From: an uncultured Thermoleophilia bacterium
GTDB taxonomy: Bacteria > Actinomycetota > Thermoleophilia > UBA2241
Assembly (NCBI GenBank): GCA_963715985.1
Contig: CAVQSP010000013.1
Span: 1 to 64,000, forward strand
Direction: 5' to 3'
Length of the DNA stretch: 64,000 nucleotides
In this document: one piece after another, positions 1 through 9,588 of the stretch
Layout of the letters: each line of letters begins with the position of its first letter
Numbering within the stretch: the first letter of the stretch is position 1
Program-made: the position numbers and the translations under genes
The notes under the pieces: model-generated
Databases searched by the model: none
What the model was told of the DNA's origin: nothing
Seen by the model: only the letters and a program-made list of their open reading frames with translations

Positions 1-1048
1 GGCGAAGGTGCCGAACAGCTGGTCGTCGAGGTCGTTGCGGTCGGTGAGGACGACCAGCGTGGGGTTCTGCCATCTCCGGGCCGCCGCAATCAGCTTTCCC
101 GAGTAGAAGGCCATTGAGAGGCTCTTGCCGCTGCCCTGCGTGTGCCAGACGACGCCGATGCGGTGGTCGCCCGGGGGTAACGGCGTCTCACTCGTGGCCT
201 GGCCACGGCCTTGTTGACCGCTCCAGTACTGGTGGTAGGCGGCCATTCTTCTTGAGGACGTGTGCGGCCCGTCGACCTCGAAGACGTTGAAGTGCCTCAC
301 GAGGTCGAGAAAGCGATCCTTCTCGAAGATGCCGTTGACGAGGGTCGCCAGCTCCGGCGTGCCCTTCTCTGAGCAGTTCCACCGTGCCGTTGACGGTGCG
401 CCACGGCATGAACCGCTCCCACGGAGCGGTCAGCGTGCCGTGGCGCGCCCCGATGCCGTCGCTCGCCACCAGCAGTTCATTGCAGGTGAACAGGCTCGGC
501 ACGGCCTGCTTGTACGTCTGCAACTGGTGGAACGCCTTCTTGGTGGGTGGCGTTCACGTCGGCTGGGTTCTTCAGCTCGATCACGGCCAGCGGACGCCCG
601 TCGACGAAGACCACGACGTCCGGCCGCTTCTTTTCGTCTTGCCCTCGATGACCGGCGTGGTGGTCGATGGCCAGCCAGTCGTTGGCCTCCAGGTGTTCGT
701 AGTCCACGAGCCAGGCCTTGTCGCCGGCGATGGCTGCCGTCGCGCCGCTGATACTCGACGTCGATGCCGTCGACCAGCATGCGGTGGAAGCGGTGGTTGC
801 TCTCGATGAGGCTCGGCGTGTCGGGGACGAGCGACCTTCTTCAGCGCATCGTCAATGGCGGACGCCGGAAGACCGGGGTTGATGCGCTCGAGCGCGGAGC
901 GCAGACGCCGAGAGAGGACGACTTCGGTGAAGTCTTCACGCTCGGCCGCCAGCTTCTCCGGCTCGACGTCCGGGCCGCAGGCCACCTCGTAGCCGAGTCC
1001 GGCCAGCCATGCCATCGTGGCTTCTTCCATGTGCGACTCGGCGATCAC
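1..1048 (-). CDS. hsdR: Type I restriction enzyme R subunit, N-terminal part (runs off window; several frameshifts)
   Basis: Split ORFs 581-1048, 477-707 and 188-523 give the HsdR N-terminus, the nuclease motif [21 protein letters not shown] and [13 protein letters not shown]. Positions 1-160 read [14 protein letters not shown] and [18 protein letters not shown] (helicase motifs I/Ia). Confidence 0.93.
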
Positions 1049-2066
1049 AGCCCCCGGAAGTCACGAACGCACCTCGCTCGGCGGTGGTGGCCCCATCGGG
1101 CGGCCATCGTACACCCGAGCGGTGACGCTTCAGCGACGCGGTCCGCCACGTCGCCGTCAGAAAGCCGCAGCCACGGCCCACCGGGTGACCACTTCTTCAG
1201 GAACTCGCTGTCGGCCGCCAGGGCTGCCCACGGCTCGAGCACGAAGGCGCGGAGGCGGTCGCCGGCAGTCGCGAGAGCGACCGGCTCCAGCCGGTTCCGC
1301 CGCAGGAAGCCGGCCCAGCGCTGAAGCACGACCTGGTCGCTGGCGAACGCGGGGGTGAGCGGCGCGGGCAGCAGCACAGCGTCAATCGTCCGCTCGCGAC
1401 GTTCGAACGTCAGCCGGATGGCCTCGGCGAGCCTGCGGGCCGTCGAACTCGAGCCTCGCCGCCAGAGCCTCTACGTCGTAGAAGTCCTTCATGCGGCTGT
1501 TCAGCAGGCCGAGGGGGCCATCGCGTGGAGCTTCTCGGCCACGACGGCCTCCGCCGGGTAGGCCAGCAGCCGAGGCGCCGGGAATCGAGCAGCGTCGGCA
1601 GAGCCACCTCTGACCCGAGCGGGAGCGCGTCCCCGAAGCCGATGTTGACCTGCACCCTAACCCGCGCAGTGCCGAGCTTCGCCGCCAGCCGGACCCGCTT
1701 GCCCTGATAGGCCTGCCCCTTGCGGATGTCGCTCACGGCGACGCTGGCCGGATCGTAGGTCATGCCGTCGTCCGGCGCGGAGACGCGGCACAATCCGCAA
1801 ATACGTCTCTCAGCCTCTTGGCCGAGTCCTCACCGAAGCCCAGCAGGTCGATGTCGCGCGTGGCGCGATGCGGGTCTTCCTCCCAGACCGCGAACAGTGT
1901 CGCCCCCTTGAGCATGAAGGAGCGCGAGTGCGGAGCATGCGGAGGCGGTGCAGCAGCCGTTCGACGCGAACTGGGTCAGCGACAGACTGACGTCCTCGCC
2001 GGGCGTACGGGCGACGTTGACGCGCCTGAATGCTGATGCCCCCATGTCGCTCGGCGGCCTGGTCAC
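1045..2066 (-). CDS. abiEii: AbiEii-family nucleotidyltransferase toxin (type IV TA/Abi), frameshifted
   Basis: Fragments give MLKG, YQGKRVRLAAKLGTARVRVQVNIGFGDA, SRMKDFYDV and QRWAGFLRRNRL. Its GTG overlaps the abiEi stop and its stop overlaps the hsdR GTG. Confidence 0.85.
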
Positions 2067-2663
2067 ACCATCGACTCCATATAGGGGCGCATGACGGCGC
2101 CAGCGCGCAGCTGATGCGCGCAGTCCCGCAGCCGGTCGACGTCGCCGGCGCAGCCGGTAGAGTCGCGGAGCGCCTCGAGCGCGACGTCGAAGCCGATCTT
2201 GTTGCGGAAGCGGAAGCAATCGACCACGGTCTTCGCCGGCCCGAACATGCGCACGCACACCATCGATGACGTGCTCCTCGACGCCGGTCGTGAGCGCGAG
2301 GACCGGAGAAGCGCATCACCCGTACTTGCGGCGTCATCACCTTGGGGACACGCGCCTTGCGGTCGATGGCCAGCCACACTTCAAAGGGAAGCTGGGTTGT
2401 CAGGTCGTGGAACTGAAGCGCAGAGAGCAGGCAGATGACTCCGGCGGGTGCCTGTCGCGCGACTTCCGCGAGGCTGTGGTGTTCGGTCCAGTCATCGTCC
2501 ACGGCACTGTAGAGACCGCGTTGCACGCGGTCTCCATGAGTCCGCGTCGCTGGAGCCGGGTGAGCCACATCCTGCTGAACCCGGCTGTCTGGATGTCTGC
2601 CGGCCGAACGGCGCCATGCGCACGAATGAAGGCGAGTACCTCGTCTGACGTATGCTTCGACAC
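2063..2663 (-). CDS. abiEi: AbiEi-family antitoxin / transcriptional regulator, frameshifted
   Basis: N-terminal wHTH (GAVRPADIQTAGFSRMWLTRL..RVQRGLY), then VICLLSALQFHDLTTQLPFEVWLAI and AKTVVDCFRFRNKIGFDVALEALRD. Confidence 0.88.
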
Positions 2664-2672
2664 GCGCTGATT

Positions 2673-2718
2673 GTTACAAAACGTCGGCACTTGTCAATAA
2701 GTGCCGACGAATTGTAAC
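2673..2718 (-). promoter_or_regulatory. abiE promoter/operator: 20-bp inverted repeat around a TTGACA -35 box
   Basis: Arms gttacaaaacgtcggcactt (2673-2692) and aagtgccgacgaattgtaac (2699-2718) pair at 18/20 positions. TTGACA lies on the minus strand at 2697-2692. The repeat is 10 nt upstream of the abiEi GTG; AbiEi proteins are known to bind promoter inverted repeats. Confidence 0.75.
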
Positions 2719-2744
2719 CCGGCAGAGCTGCAATGTGAGCGACC

Positions 2745-2900
2745 TCAGAAGCCGCCTGCCGCCGCCTCCACGGGCAGGAACAACTCGTGCACGCGGTGCC
2801 CGAGCGGTCCCTGCCCCGGGCGCCAGCCCATGCGAGCGTGGAGCCCGTCCAGCACGCTCGCGCGCCAATTGGCTTCGTCGCAGGGGCAGTACACGCCCGA
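2745..2900 (-). pseudogene. Orphan C-terminal fragment resembling the end of the 4220-4981 protein
   Basis: CPCDEANWRASVLDGLHARMGWRPGQGPLGHRVHELFLPV compared with DAGEW..GGLDAMDRWFGRPFAAPIESRLHVLFVPA; protein-level similarity only. Confidence 0.5.
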
Positions 2901-2977
2901 CCGCTCCTCCGCGGCGCGACCACGACGGGCACCACACTGCACGGTCCCCGCAGGAGTGACCGATGCGGGCGTGAGAA

Positions 2978-3492
2978 TCAGGCGAGACTGTCATCCTTGT
3001 CCGGTCGTCTCCGCCGCCCTAGCGTCAGACCGCCCTGCCCATTCTTGTCGCCTCCGACCGCGTCACGCCTCGGTCTGCGCCGAGGAGACTCGATGGCCGT
3101 ATGACCGATTTCCGCACTGTCCACAGAACAACGGATGACGTATCGCCCCGGCGAGCCGAACTGCGGCTGCGCGGGCACCGTGATCTGGAAGCGCTGTGGA
3201 GTCCCGGCGCGCAGACCGGGCGGTCGGCCGACCTCGAACTCGCCACCGACGAGATGCACCACCTCGCCGCCGTCTGCATCAGCACATCGATGCTGAAACG
3301 AGCTTCCGGTTGGTCAAGCTCCACGGCACATCGATACCGACCGCAACGGAAACGGAACAGCCGGCGGTCCGGCAATTGCGGCACCTTGAGACTGTCCCAG
3401 CCTCCGCCGAGCAGGTAGAGCTTGCCGTTCACGACGTCCGCGCTGTCGGCGACGAGAAGGTAGTCCAGGCTGATGCTGTCCAGGTCGCTCAT
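2978..3492 (-). CDS. DUF6941-like protein, frameshifted
   Basis: LDYLLVADSADVVNGKLYLLGGGWD, continuing in another frame as GRPPGLRAGTPQRFQITV..FGSPGRYVIRCSVD. Confidence 0.65.
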
Positions 3493-3513
3493 GGTTTGAC
3501 CTTCTTCGGCCGA

Positions 3514-3532
3514 TGTCATACTTTGTATGACA
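3514..3532. promoter_or_regulatory. Perfect 8-bp palindromic operator between divergent DUF6941 and TA genes
   Basis: tgtcatac-ttt-gtatgaca, AT-rich in a high-GC background. Confidence 0.55.
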
Positions 3533-3561
3533 CATCATACACGCAGACCCGAGGCTGACAA

Positions 3562-3860
3562 GTGGCCGTCGAAGTCCACGCCTCAGCTGGGACGACGAGA
3601 ACGAAGCAGCATATCACCAAGCATGGCGTGACTCCGCGAGGTCAACCAGAAGGTGGAGAACACGCACATCGTGGTGCGCGACCGGCGCAACAGACGCGCG
3701 CCTCTTCTGCTTATCGGTCGTACGCATGGCGGGCGAGTGCTCTGCGTGCCCATCAGGAAGACTAAGAGAACCCGACGTCTGGCGACCAGTCACCGCGCTT
3801 CCCGCGACCGAGGCGCAGACCTCGCTACTCGACAAGAACTCCTGAGGAGAGACCATGGCC
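3562..3860 (+). CDS. BrnT-like toxin, frameshifted
   Basis: Frame pieces WDDEN, HITKHGVT and LLLIGRTHGGRVLCVPI match the BrnT/DUF497 pattern. Confidence 0.55.
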
Positions 3861-4179
3861 AAGCGACGCGACAGTGAGAGCGACTACGAAGTCGTCGGCA
3901 CCGGTGGCGGTGCAGCGCCGGGCGGCATCGTGTCCGTGCGACTCAAGTCTGATGACATGGTATGCTCGTCGCGCTCTCGGAGGTGAGCGGACGTCGCTCT
4001 CCGAGACGCTGCGCCTCGGGTTGCGCTGCCTCGCGGACCAGCCGTCGCGAGCGACGGGTTCAGGAATGCTGAACCTTCGGCTCGACACTCGAGCCTCCGA
4101 GGCCGTGTCCGCTCTTCCGGGACAACCTCAGGAGCCGAGTGAGTCATCGTTGACGCACATCAAGGTCGTCTTGGCGTAG
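3854..4179 (+). CDS. Putative ribbon-helix-helix (CopG-like) antitoxin, frameshifted
   Basis: SD gaggag plus ATG; MAKRRDSESDYEVVG..IVSVRLKSDD then SLSETLRLGLRCL (RHH strand-helix-helix pattern); follows the toxin. Confidence 0.45.
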
Positions 4180-4219
4180 ACGCGCCACGTGGGTGACATG
4201 CATCCCCCGGAGTGCGGAG

Positions 4220-4981
4220 TCACCCGCGCTCGCGAGTCGGACCAGCCGCCGGGACGAAGAGCACGTGCAGCCGTGACTCGATGGGGGCCGCGAACGGCCG
4301 CCCGAACCAGCGGTCCATCGCGTCGAGGCCGCCCATTCGGCCCCGGCCCCTGTGCCACTCACCAGCATCATGTGCTGCGTCGGGGAAGTGGTCGTCGCCT
4401 AGGAAGCACAGGTGGAGCAGCCGAGCCTCGATGCCGTGCTCGAGCAAGAACCAGAGCGTCGCCAAGCGGTTGGCGAACTGGTAGTGGCGGGCGAGCCAAT
4501 CACTGCTGTTGCCGGGCGACACGGCGGCCTTGACTTCGTCGAGCCGCTCGCCGATCATCTCGCGAGACCCACCCACAGCTTGAGGCTTGGCGGCGCATGC
4601 TTGGTTAAGCTCTCGCAAGTGGGCCTTCGCCTCGACGAGTAGCCACTCCGGCCCAGCCGGAGTCTCCCGGCGGCCAATGAGGTCCCAGTTGGGAACGTTG
4701 CCGGTCGTCGGCCAGAACTCGGAGCGGTACGCGCGAACGACATCGGGCCGCTCGCTCAAGAGGAAGTCGATGCCACGCCACTCGATCTCGAATGGCGCGC
4801 GCTCGACGGCCCGCCCACCACCGGGACGCGCGGACGCTCCAGCATCGAGCCACTCGAAACCAGGATGGCCGATGCGCGGCTCAGAGGAGTCGGCGACCGC
4901 CAGCGAGAGCCGCTGCGAATCGGACTGCAGCCAGTCCAACAGCCGGCGCTGGCTGCCGTGGGACTTCGCCGGCCTGCTCAC
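4220..4981 (-). CDS. Hypothetical protein with PD-(D/E)xK-like nuclease motif
   Basis: Intact 253-aa ORF; PNWDLIG...WLLVEAKAH (D...ExK) and YQFANRLATL. Confidence 0.65.
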   Translation of the reverse strand: MSRPAKSHGSQRRLLDWLQSDSQRLSLAVADSSEPRIGHPGFEWLDAGASARPGGGRAVERAPFEIEWRGIDFLLSERPDVVRAYRSEFWPTTGNVPNWDLIGRRETPAGPEWLLVEAKAHLRELNQACAAKPQAVGGSREMIGERLDEVKAAVSPGNSSDWLARHYQFANRLATLWFLLEHGIEARLLHLCFLGDDHFPDAAHDAGEWHRGRGRMGGLDAMDRWFGRPFAAPIESRLHVLFVPAAGPTRERG

Positions 4982-5105
4982 GCGGGGCTCTCATCGCAGT
5001 AGTCGGGCGCCCGTGAATCAGAGGGACCACGATTGACGAACATGGGCTCACGGCCCCGCGAGCAGCTCAGGTGCCACTCACTTCCGTAGCCGTAGCCGAT
5101 CCGGC

Positions 5106-6053
5106 TCACGACGATTCCGTCTCGTCGTGGTCGTCATCGTCGTCATCTGGTTGGCTCAGGTCGGCTCCGAGCGCGGCGAGCTTCGCATCTTGCCACTGGC
5201 GATAGCTCTGCCCGGTGGCCTCGTCCTTCCAGGCCTTGGGTCCGTTGGTAGCCAGGCCAACGACAACCGACGCGGCCGCGCTCGGGCTGTTGAACGCGAC
5301 GTCTTCCGGGAAGACGAGCAGGTCGAGGTCGCCAGCGTCCGGGATGATCAGGCCGTCGGCGACCATCCGCTCGCGCAGCTTGCGGTACGACTTCCAGGAG
5401 GCTGGGTGCTTCAGCCGGGCCGTGGATCCGGCGAACACCACGAACTGTCCGTCGATCTCCTGCGCCTTCGCCAGGGTACCGACCTTGTCCAGCACGAAGA
5501 CAGGCGACTTCTCCTTCGCTGATGAAGCCTGGTTCGAGGTGGGCTTCGGCTGCGTGAAGTCGAAGCCGAGCACGGGCAGGATCATCTGCACCTCGGCGAG
5601 GAAGGCCTCCATGTCGGCCTCGTCCGGCTCCGGCAGCTTGGTCGGGTCCGGCGCCGTGTCGTTGGTGAGCTTGGCGCGGTGGGCGTCCTGCGCCAGCTTG
5701 ATGAGGCGGCACTCCAGGTACCTCACATGGGACTTGGTGAGGTTCTCGTCCTTGCTCACGATAACGACGGTGCGCTCCCAGAAGTCCTTGGCCTCGCTCT
5801 TGTTGTGGCGAACCAGCCGCTTGAGGACGTTGTCGCCCTCACCGATGTAGGCCAGCGCCCGCGATGGGTCGTCTGGGTCTGGGCCGACGAGCAGGTAGAC
5901 GCCGGTGCGCCGGACCTCCTCCCTCTTGCTGAGCTGGTCGAGCTGCGAGCGCGGCGCGACCAGCACCTTGCCGGTCCAGTTGCTGATCTCGGCGAGGAGG
6001 ATGCCGGTGGGCTCGCCGTCGGCGAGAAAGATGCGGATGGCCTTGCCGGTCAT
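5106..6053 (-). CDS. GIY-YIG nuclease with C-terminal DUF4357 (RAMA-like) domain
   Basis: GVYLLVG...AYIGEGDNVLKRLVRH, YLECRLI and C-terminal FNSPSAAASVVVGLATNGPKAWKD; SD ggag upstream. Confidence 0.9.
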   Translation of the reverse strand: MTGKAIRIFLADGEPTGILLAEISNWTGKVLVAPRSQLDQLSKREEVRRTGVYLLVGPDPDDPSRALAYIGEGDNVLKRLVRHNKSEAKDFWERTVVIVSKDENLTKSHVRYLECRLIKLAQDAHRAKLTNDTAPDPTKLPEPDEADMEAFLAEVQMILPVLGFDFTQPKPTSNQASSAKEKSPVFVLDKVGTLAKAQEIDGQFVVFAGSTARLKHPASWKSYRKLRERMVADGLIIPDAGDLDLLVFPEDVAFNSPSAAASVVVGLATNGPKAWKDEATGQSYRQWQDAKLAALGADLSQPDDDDDDHDETESS

Positions 6054-6090
6054 TGTGAGACTCCCAAGTTAGGGGGACATCCCCATCATC

Positions 6091-6660
6091 CTATCCGGCA
6101 CGGATGTTGGAGAGACCCGCTTCGAAGCGATCCCGGCCGACACCGTCGGGAGTAGCGGCGTCGAAGACGAGAAAGCCGTCCTCCCTGCTGAGAGCGTCCG
6201 CCGCGACCATCTCCAGAATGAGGCGAGCGGTCGACATCACCCGCAGGCCACGGCCTTTCGCAAGACCCGCCCCCCAGCTATCATCCATCAGCACGAGATC
6301 GGCCCCACGATGCTCGGCGATCAGGACCGTCGCGATCTCGCCCGTGTGCGCCCAGGCGTGCTCGCCGATGGCGTGCTTCAGGGCGAGCAAGTTCGCGAAG
6401 TCGGTCTTGAGGGCATCGGGAATCGGCTTGGTCGTCTTTGGCCAGGCGCCTCCGGCCTCACCGGTCTGCGTGCGAAGGTGCGCGGCGAGCGAAGAGAAGG
6501 CGTCTTGTTCAGCAAGCCGCAGCAGCTCGCGTTCGACCTCGCGGGTGATTCGAGCGCGAGAGCCCAAATACTCACGCAGTGCCCCCAAGAGAGAGCACTC
6601 GGCGAACCGGCACAGCGGACTCGCGTCGAGCAGCACAAGTTGCGCCGTGCGTGACAGCAC
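6091..6660 (-). CDS. PIN-domain (VapC/DUF3368-like) protein
   Basis: VLLDASPL, ITREVERELL, HTGEIATV, LVLMDD and RVMSTARL match the PIN acidic pattern. Confidence 0.75.
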   Translation of the reverse strand: MLSRTAQLVLLDASPLCRFAECSLLGALREYLGSRARITREVERELLRLAEQDAFSSLAAHLRTQTGEAGGAWPKTTKPIPDALKTDFANLLALKHAIGEHAWAHTGEIATVLIAEHRGADLVLMDDSWGAGLAKGRGLRVMSTARLILEMVAADALSREDGFLVFDAATPDGVGRDRFEAGLSNIRAG

Positions 6661-6672
6661 TTCTCCACGGCC

Positions 6673-7467
6673 TCAGTAGTCGTTCGCGGTGGCCGGAGCA
6701 ATCGCACCGCGAGCTTCGAATTCCGCGCGTATCCGGGTCTCGTCCACCTGCAGCAACGCAGCGATCTGCTCCACCGACAGCAGACCGCGCTCGTACGCGT
6801 TGACGCCATGGGTAAGCGTCGCGCGCGGCACGCGCGGCAGGTGGCCGCATGCGCGTGCGAGCGTATCGGCGTGAGGCAGAAGACCGAGCCGCTTCGCGAG
6901 CTCGTGATGCTCGCCACGGTCGATGGCCGCCTCGAGAGGCTGGTACTTGCTCTTGCTCAGCCGCCAGACAGCTTGCAGCCTGTACAGGGCAGCCTTGGCA
7001 CTCACGTGGAAGTGGTGCGCCAGGCGGACGACGGTCTCCAGACTCAAGTCGGGGCCGTGCATCAGGCTGATCCAGGTACCCACGCCATCGAGCGGCGCCA
7101 TGAACTCGGCGGCGAACCCGTCGGCCTGCACCTCGCGGGGCGCGCGACGAGAGGAGCCGAGGACGTTGTCCTCGTAGTCGACCGATCCGCAGTGGCCCAT
7201 CTCGATGTGGCCAAGCTCATGCGCAAGAGTGAAGCGTTGCCTTGAGACCGCCTGCGCTCCGTTGAGGAACACGAAGTGCCTGCCCTGCTTGCCGCCCTGC
7301 AGGCCGGCGATGCCTTGGGGCAGGCTCAGGACCGTCACGGGAACGGATGCGAGGTCTTCGACCACCTCGACGATATCGGCGAGCGGAGCCTCGAGACCCA
7401 GACCAAGTGTGGCGCGCGCACGACGAGCCGCTGCGTACCCAAACTCTTGTTCGTCGACGACCGTCAC
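6673..7467 (-). CDS. ImmA/IrrE family Zn metallopeptidase
   Basis: RQRFTLAHELGH (HExxH), EVQADGFAAEFMAP and FHVSAKAALYRL. Confidence 0.92.
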   Translation of the reverse strand: MTVVDEQEFGYAAARRARATLGLGLEAPLADIVEVVEDLASVPVTVLSLPQGIAGLQGGKQGRHFVFLNGAQAVSRQRFTLAHELGHIEMGHCGSVDYEDNVLGSSRRAPREVQADGFAAEFMAPLDGVGTWISLMHGPDLSLETVVRLAHHFHVSAKAALYRLQAVWRLSKSKYQPLEAAIDRGEHHELAKRLGLLPHADTLARACGHLPRVPRATLTHGVNAYERGLLSVEQIAALLQVDETRIRAEFEARGAIAPATANDY

Positions 7468-7784
7468 CGACCGACGGCTTCAAGCTGGAGCATCGCGTCA
7501 ATGAGCTCGGAGCACCGAGCGACGGTCTCACGAGCGACCTCGTCGTCCGCGCCGCCTCGCATCGCGAAGGCCGGCTGCTCGTCGAACAGGAGGTCCTCGA
7601 CGCTTACACCGAGGTAGTCGGCGATGTCCGCGATCTCGGACATGTTGAAGGCCCGCTCGCCGGCGAGCGCGCGACTCAGCACCGACGGCTGCAGCGCGAT
7701 CGCATCCGCCAATTCGCGCTGCGATCGTGAACCCAAGGCCTCGAGGATGCGCTTGCCGACCTCGATGTCGGAACGAATCTTCAC
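7464..7784 (-). CDS. XRE-family HTH transcriptional regulator
   Basis: SQRELADAIALQPSVLSRALAGERAFNMSEIADIADYLGVSVEDLL; GTGA overlap with the peptidase gene. Confidence 0.88.
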   Translation of the reverse strand: MKIRSDIEVGKRILEALGSRSQRELADAIALQPSVLSRALAGERAFNMSEIADIADYLGVSVEDLLFDEQPAFAMRGGADDEVARETVARCSELIDAMLQLEAVGR

Positions 7785-7978
7785 GGGTGCCCTCCCACGC
7801 TGGTGACGTTGTTATTATCGCACGCTAGAGCGCATCTTCAACAGTAGTCTTGCGGTTTACGACTGACTGGACTCGCCAACCACGGGGCACTCAGCCGACC
7901 AGGAGGCCCAGGACCACCGACGTCGGGAGGTCACGCCGCGGTGGGCAAGCCTCTCAGCACAGGCAGCGAAGGGGACGG

Positions 7979-8256
7979 ACGACGGTGCGCTCCCAGAAGT
8001 CCTTGGCCTCGTTCCAGCTCCGGCGGAGCAGCGGCTTGAGGACGTTGTCGCCCTCGCCGATGGAGGCCGGCGCCCGCAACGGGTCATCCGGGTCGGGACC
8101 GACGAGCAGGTGGACGCCGGTGCGCCGGACCTCCTCCCTCTTGCTGCGCTGGTCGAGCTGGGAGCGCGGCGCGACCAGCACCTTGCCGGTCCAGTTGCTG
8201 ATCTCGGCGAGGAGGATGCCGGTGGGCTCGCGGTCGGCGAGGAAGATGCGGATGGC
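7979..8256 (-). repeat. Truncated copy 2 of the GIY-YIG gene 5' end
   Basis: Colinear with 5764-6041; translates AIRIFLADREPTGILLAEISNWTGKVLVAPRSQLDQ...DFWERTVV; no native ATG. Confidence 0.95.
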
Positions 8257-8290
8257 GCTTGAAGGCCCTCCGACGAACCGCTCGCGACGC

Positions 8291-8920
8291 CTACGCGCGC
8301 TCAAGCTGGTTCAGATGCGGGCGCAGGTCCAGCGACCCCCAGCACTTGGCGGCCAGCTCGCGGCTTCGAGGCGGAAAGCCCGCGGGCAGGACCTTTCGGC
8401 CTTCGCCGCCGAGGAACTCCACGGCCGGGACGAAGTCGCGGTCGGACAAGACGAGGATGGCCCAGTCGTGCGGGTCTTCCCAGGCAAGCTTGATCATGTC
8501 GGTGGCGATAGCCACATCGACGCCTTTCTCCTCGGTGAGCCCTGGGGCGCCGAGCAGTGACAGCAGATGCCGACAGGGCGATGGCAACTCTGGCACACGG
8601 GCGGTGCTTCTTGACCAATCCTTAAGCACGACAGAGACGCCGGCGACCCTGTCGAGGAACCGCGTTGCCCACTCGCGCAGCCTGACGTCGCTGGCGCCGT
8701 TGCCGACGGCAGATAGACCGTGCAACCCTCGAACTGGAGATCGCTCGCGGCGACGCCGGAGATCATCGCGGCAGCTTCGACACCGAGCCACCGGGAGAGG
8801 GTGTTCCAGTCCGGTCTGAAGTTCCTCCAGCACATCGTTGGCGCTGAGCTGGAAGTTCCAGAAGTCGACGAACACACGGACTCGCTGAAGGCGCACGATC
8901 GGTCCTTCTCGGGTGCCCAC
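8291..8920 (-). CDS. NYN-domain (LabA/DUF88, PIN-like) ribonuclease, internal frameshifts
   Basis: VRVFVDFWNFQL, EEKGVDVAIATDMI and ILVLSDRDFVPAVEFL; SD gaggagg before the GTG. Confidence 0.85.
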   Translation of the reverse strand: MGTREGPIVRLQRVRVFVDFWNFQLSANDVLEELQTGLEHPLPVARCRSCRDDLRRRRERSPVRGLHGLSAVGNGASDVRLREWATRFLDRVAGVSVVLKDWSRSTARVPELPSPCRHLLSLLGAPGLTEEKGVDVAIATDMIKLAWEDPHDWAILVLSDRDFVPAVEFLGGEGRKVLPAGFPPRSRELAAKCWGSLDLRPHLNQLERA

Positions 8921-9202
8921 CGTCACCTCCTCGGTCGACAATGACCCCAGAACGCAGACAGGGAGCCCGAAGGCTCCCTGGCGTTCTAGTAACGAGCGTC
9001 GACCCGACCGGGTCGCGCGGCGCTCGTGGGTCTGCAGTGCAGGGAGTGTGCCCGATTCCCTGTGCCGGTCAATCGCCGCGCGGTCGTGGGGAGGGTCACA
9101 TTGACCGTCGCGATGGTCGAGAAGCCAACTGCGTCTGGCCGAATCATCTGCGGCACAGACGAACGTCACCTGCCGTCGATGGCGGTCGCGCACGGCAAAG
9201 TC

Positions 9203-9490
9203 ACGACGACGCTGCGCTCCCAGAATCCTTGGCCTCATCCCAGCTCCGGCAGAGCAGCCGCTTGAGGACGTTGTCGCCCTCGCCGAGCGAGGCCAGCGCC
9301 CGTGACGGGTCGTCCGGGTGGGGACCGACGAGCAGGGAGACGCCGGTGCGCCGGACCTCCTCCCTCTTGCTGAGCTGGTCGAGCTGGGAGCGCGGCGCGA
9401 CCAGCACCTTGCCGGTCCAGTCGCTGATCTCGGCGAGGAGGATGCCGGTGGGCTCGCCGTCGGCGAGGAAGATGCGGATGGTCTTGCCGG
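9203..9490 (-). repeat. Truncated copy 3 of the GIY-YIG gene 5' end
   Basis: Colinear with ~5760-6050; GKTIRIFLADGEPTGILLAEISDWTGKVLVAPRSQLDQLSKREEVRRTGVSLL. Confidence 0.95.
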
Positions 9491-9588
9491 CGACCCGCAC
9501 AAATGTCCACCTGTGCGGACGTGGCTCCGACAGCTCCCCTGTGTATGCTCGCTCCCATGCCGCGCACGAAGCGACTCCTCCCCGTCAC

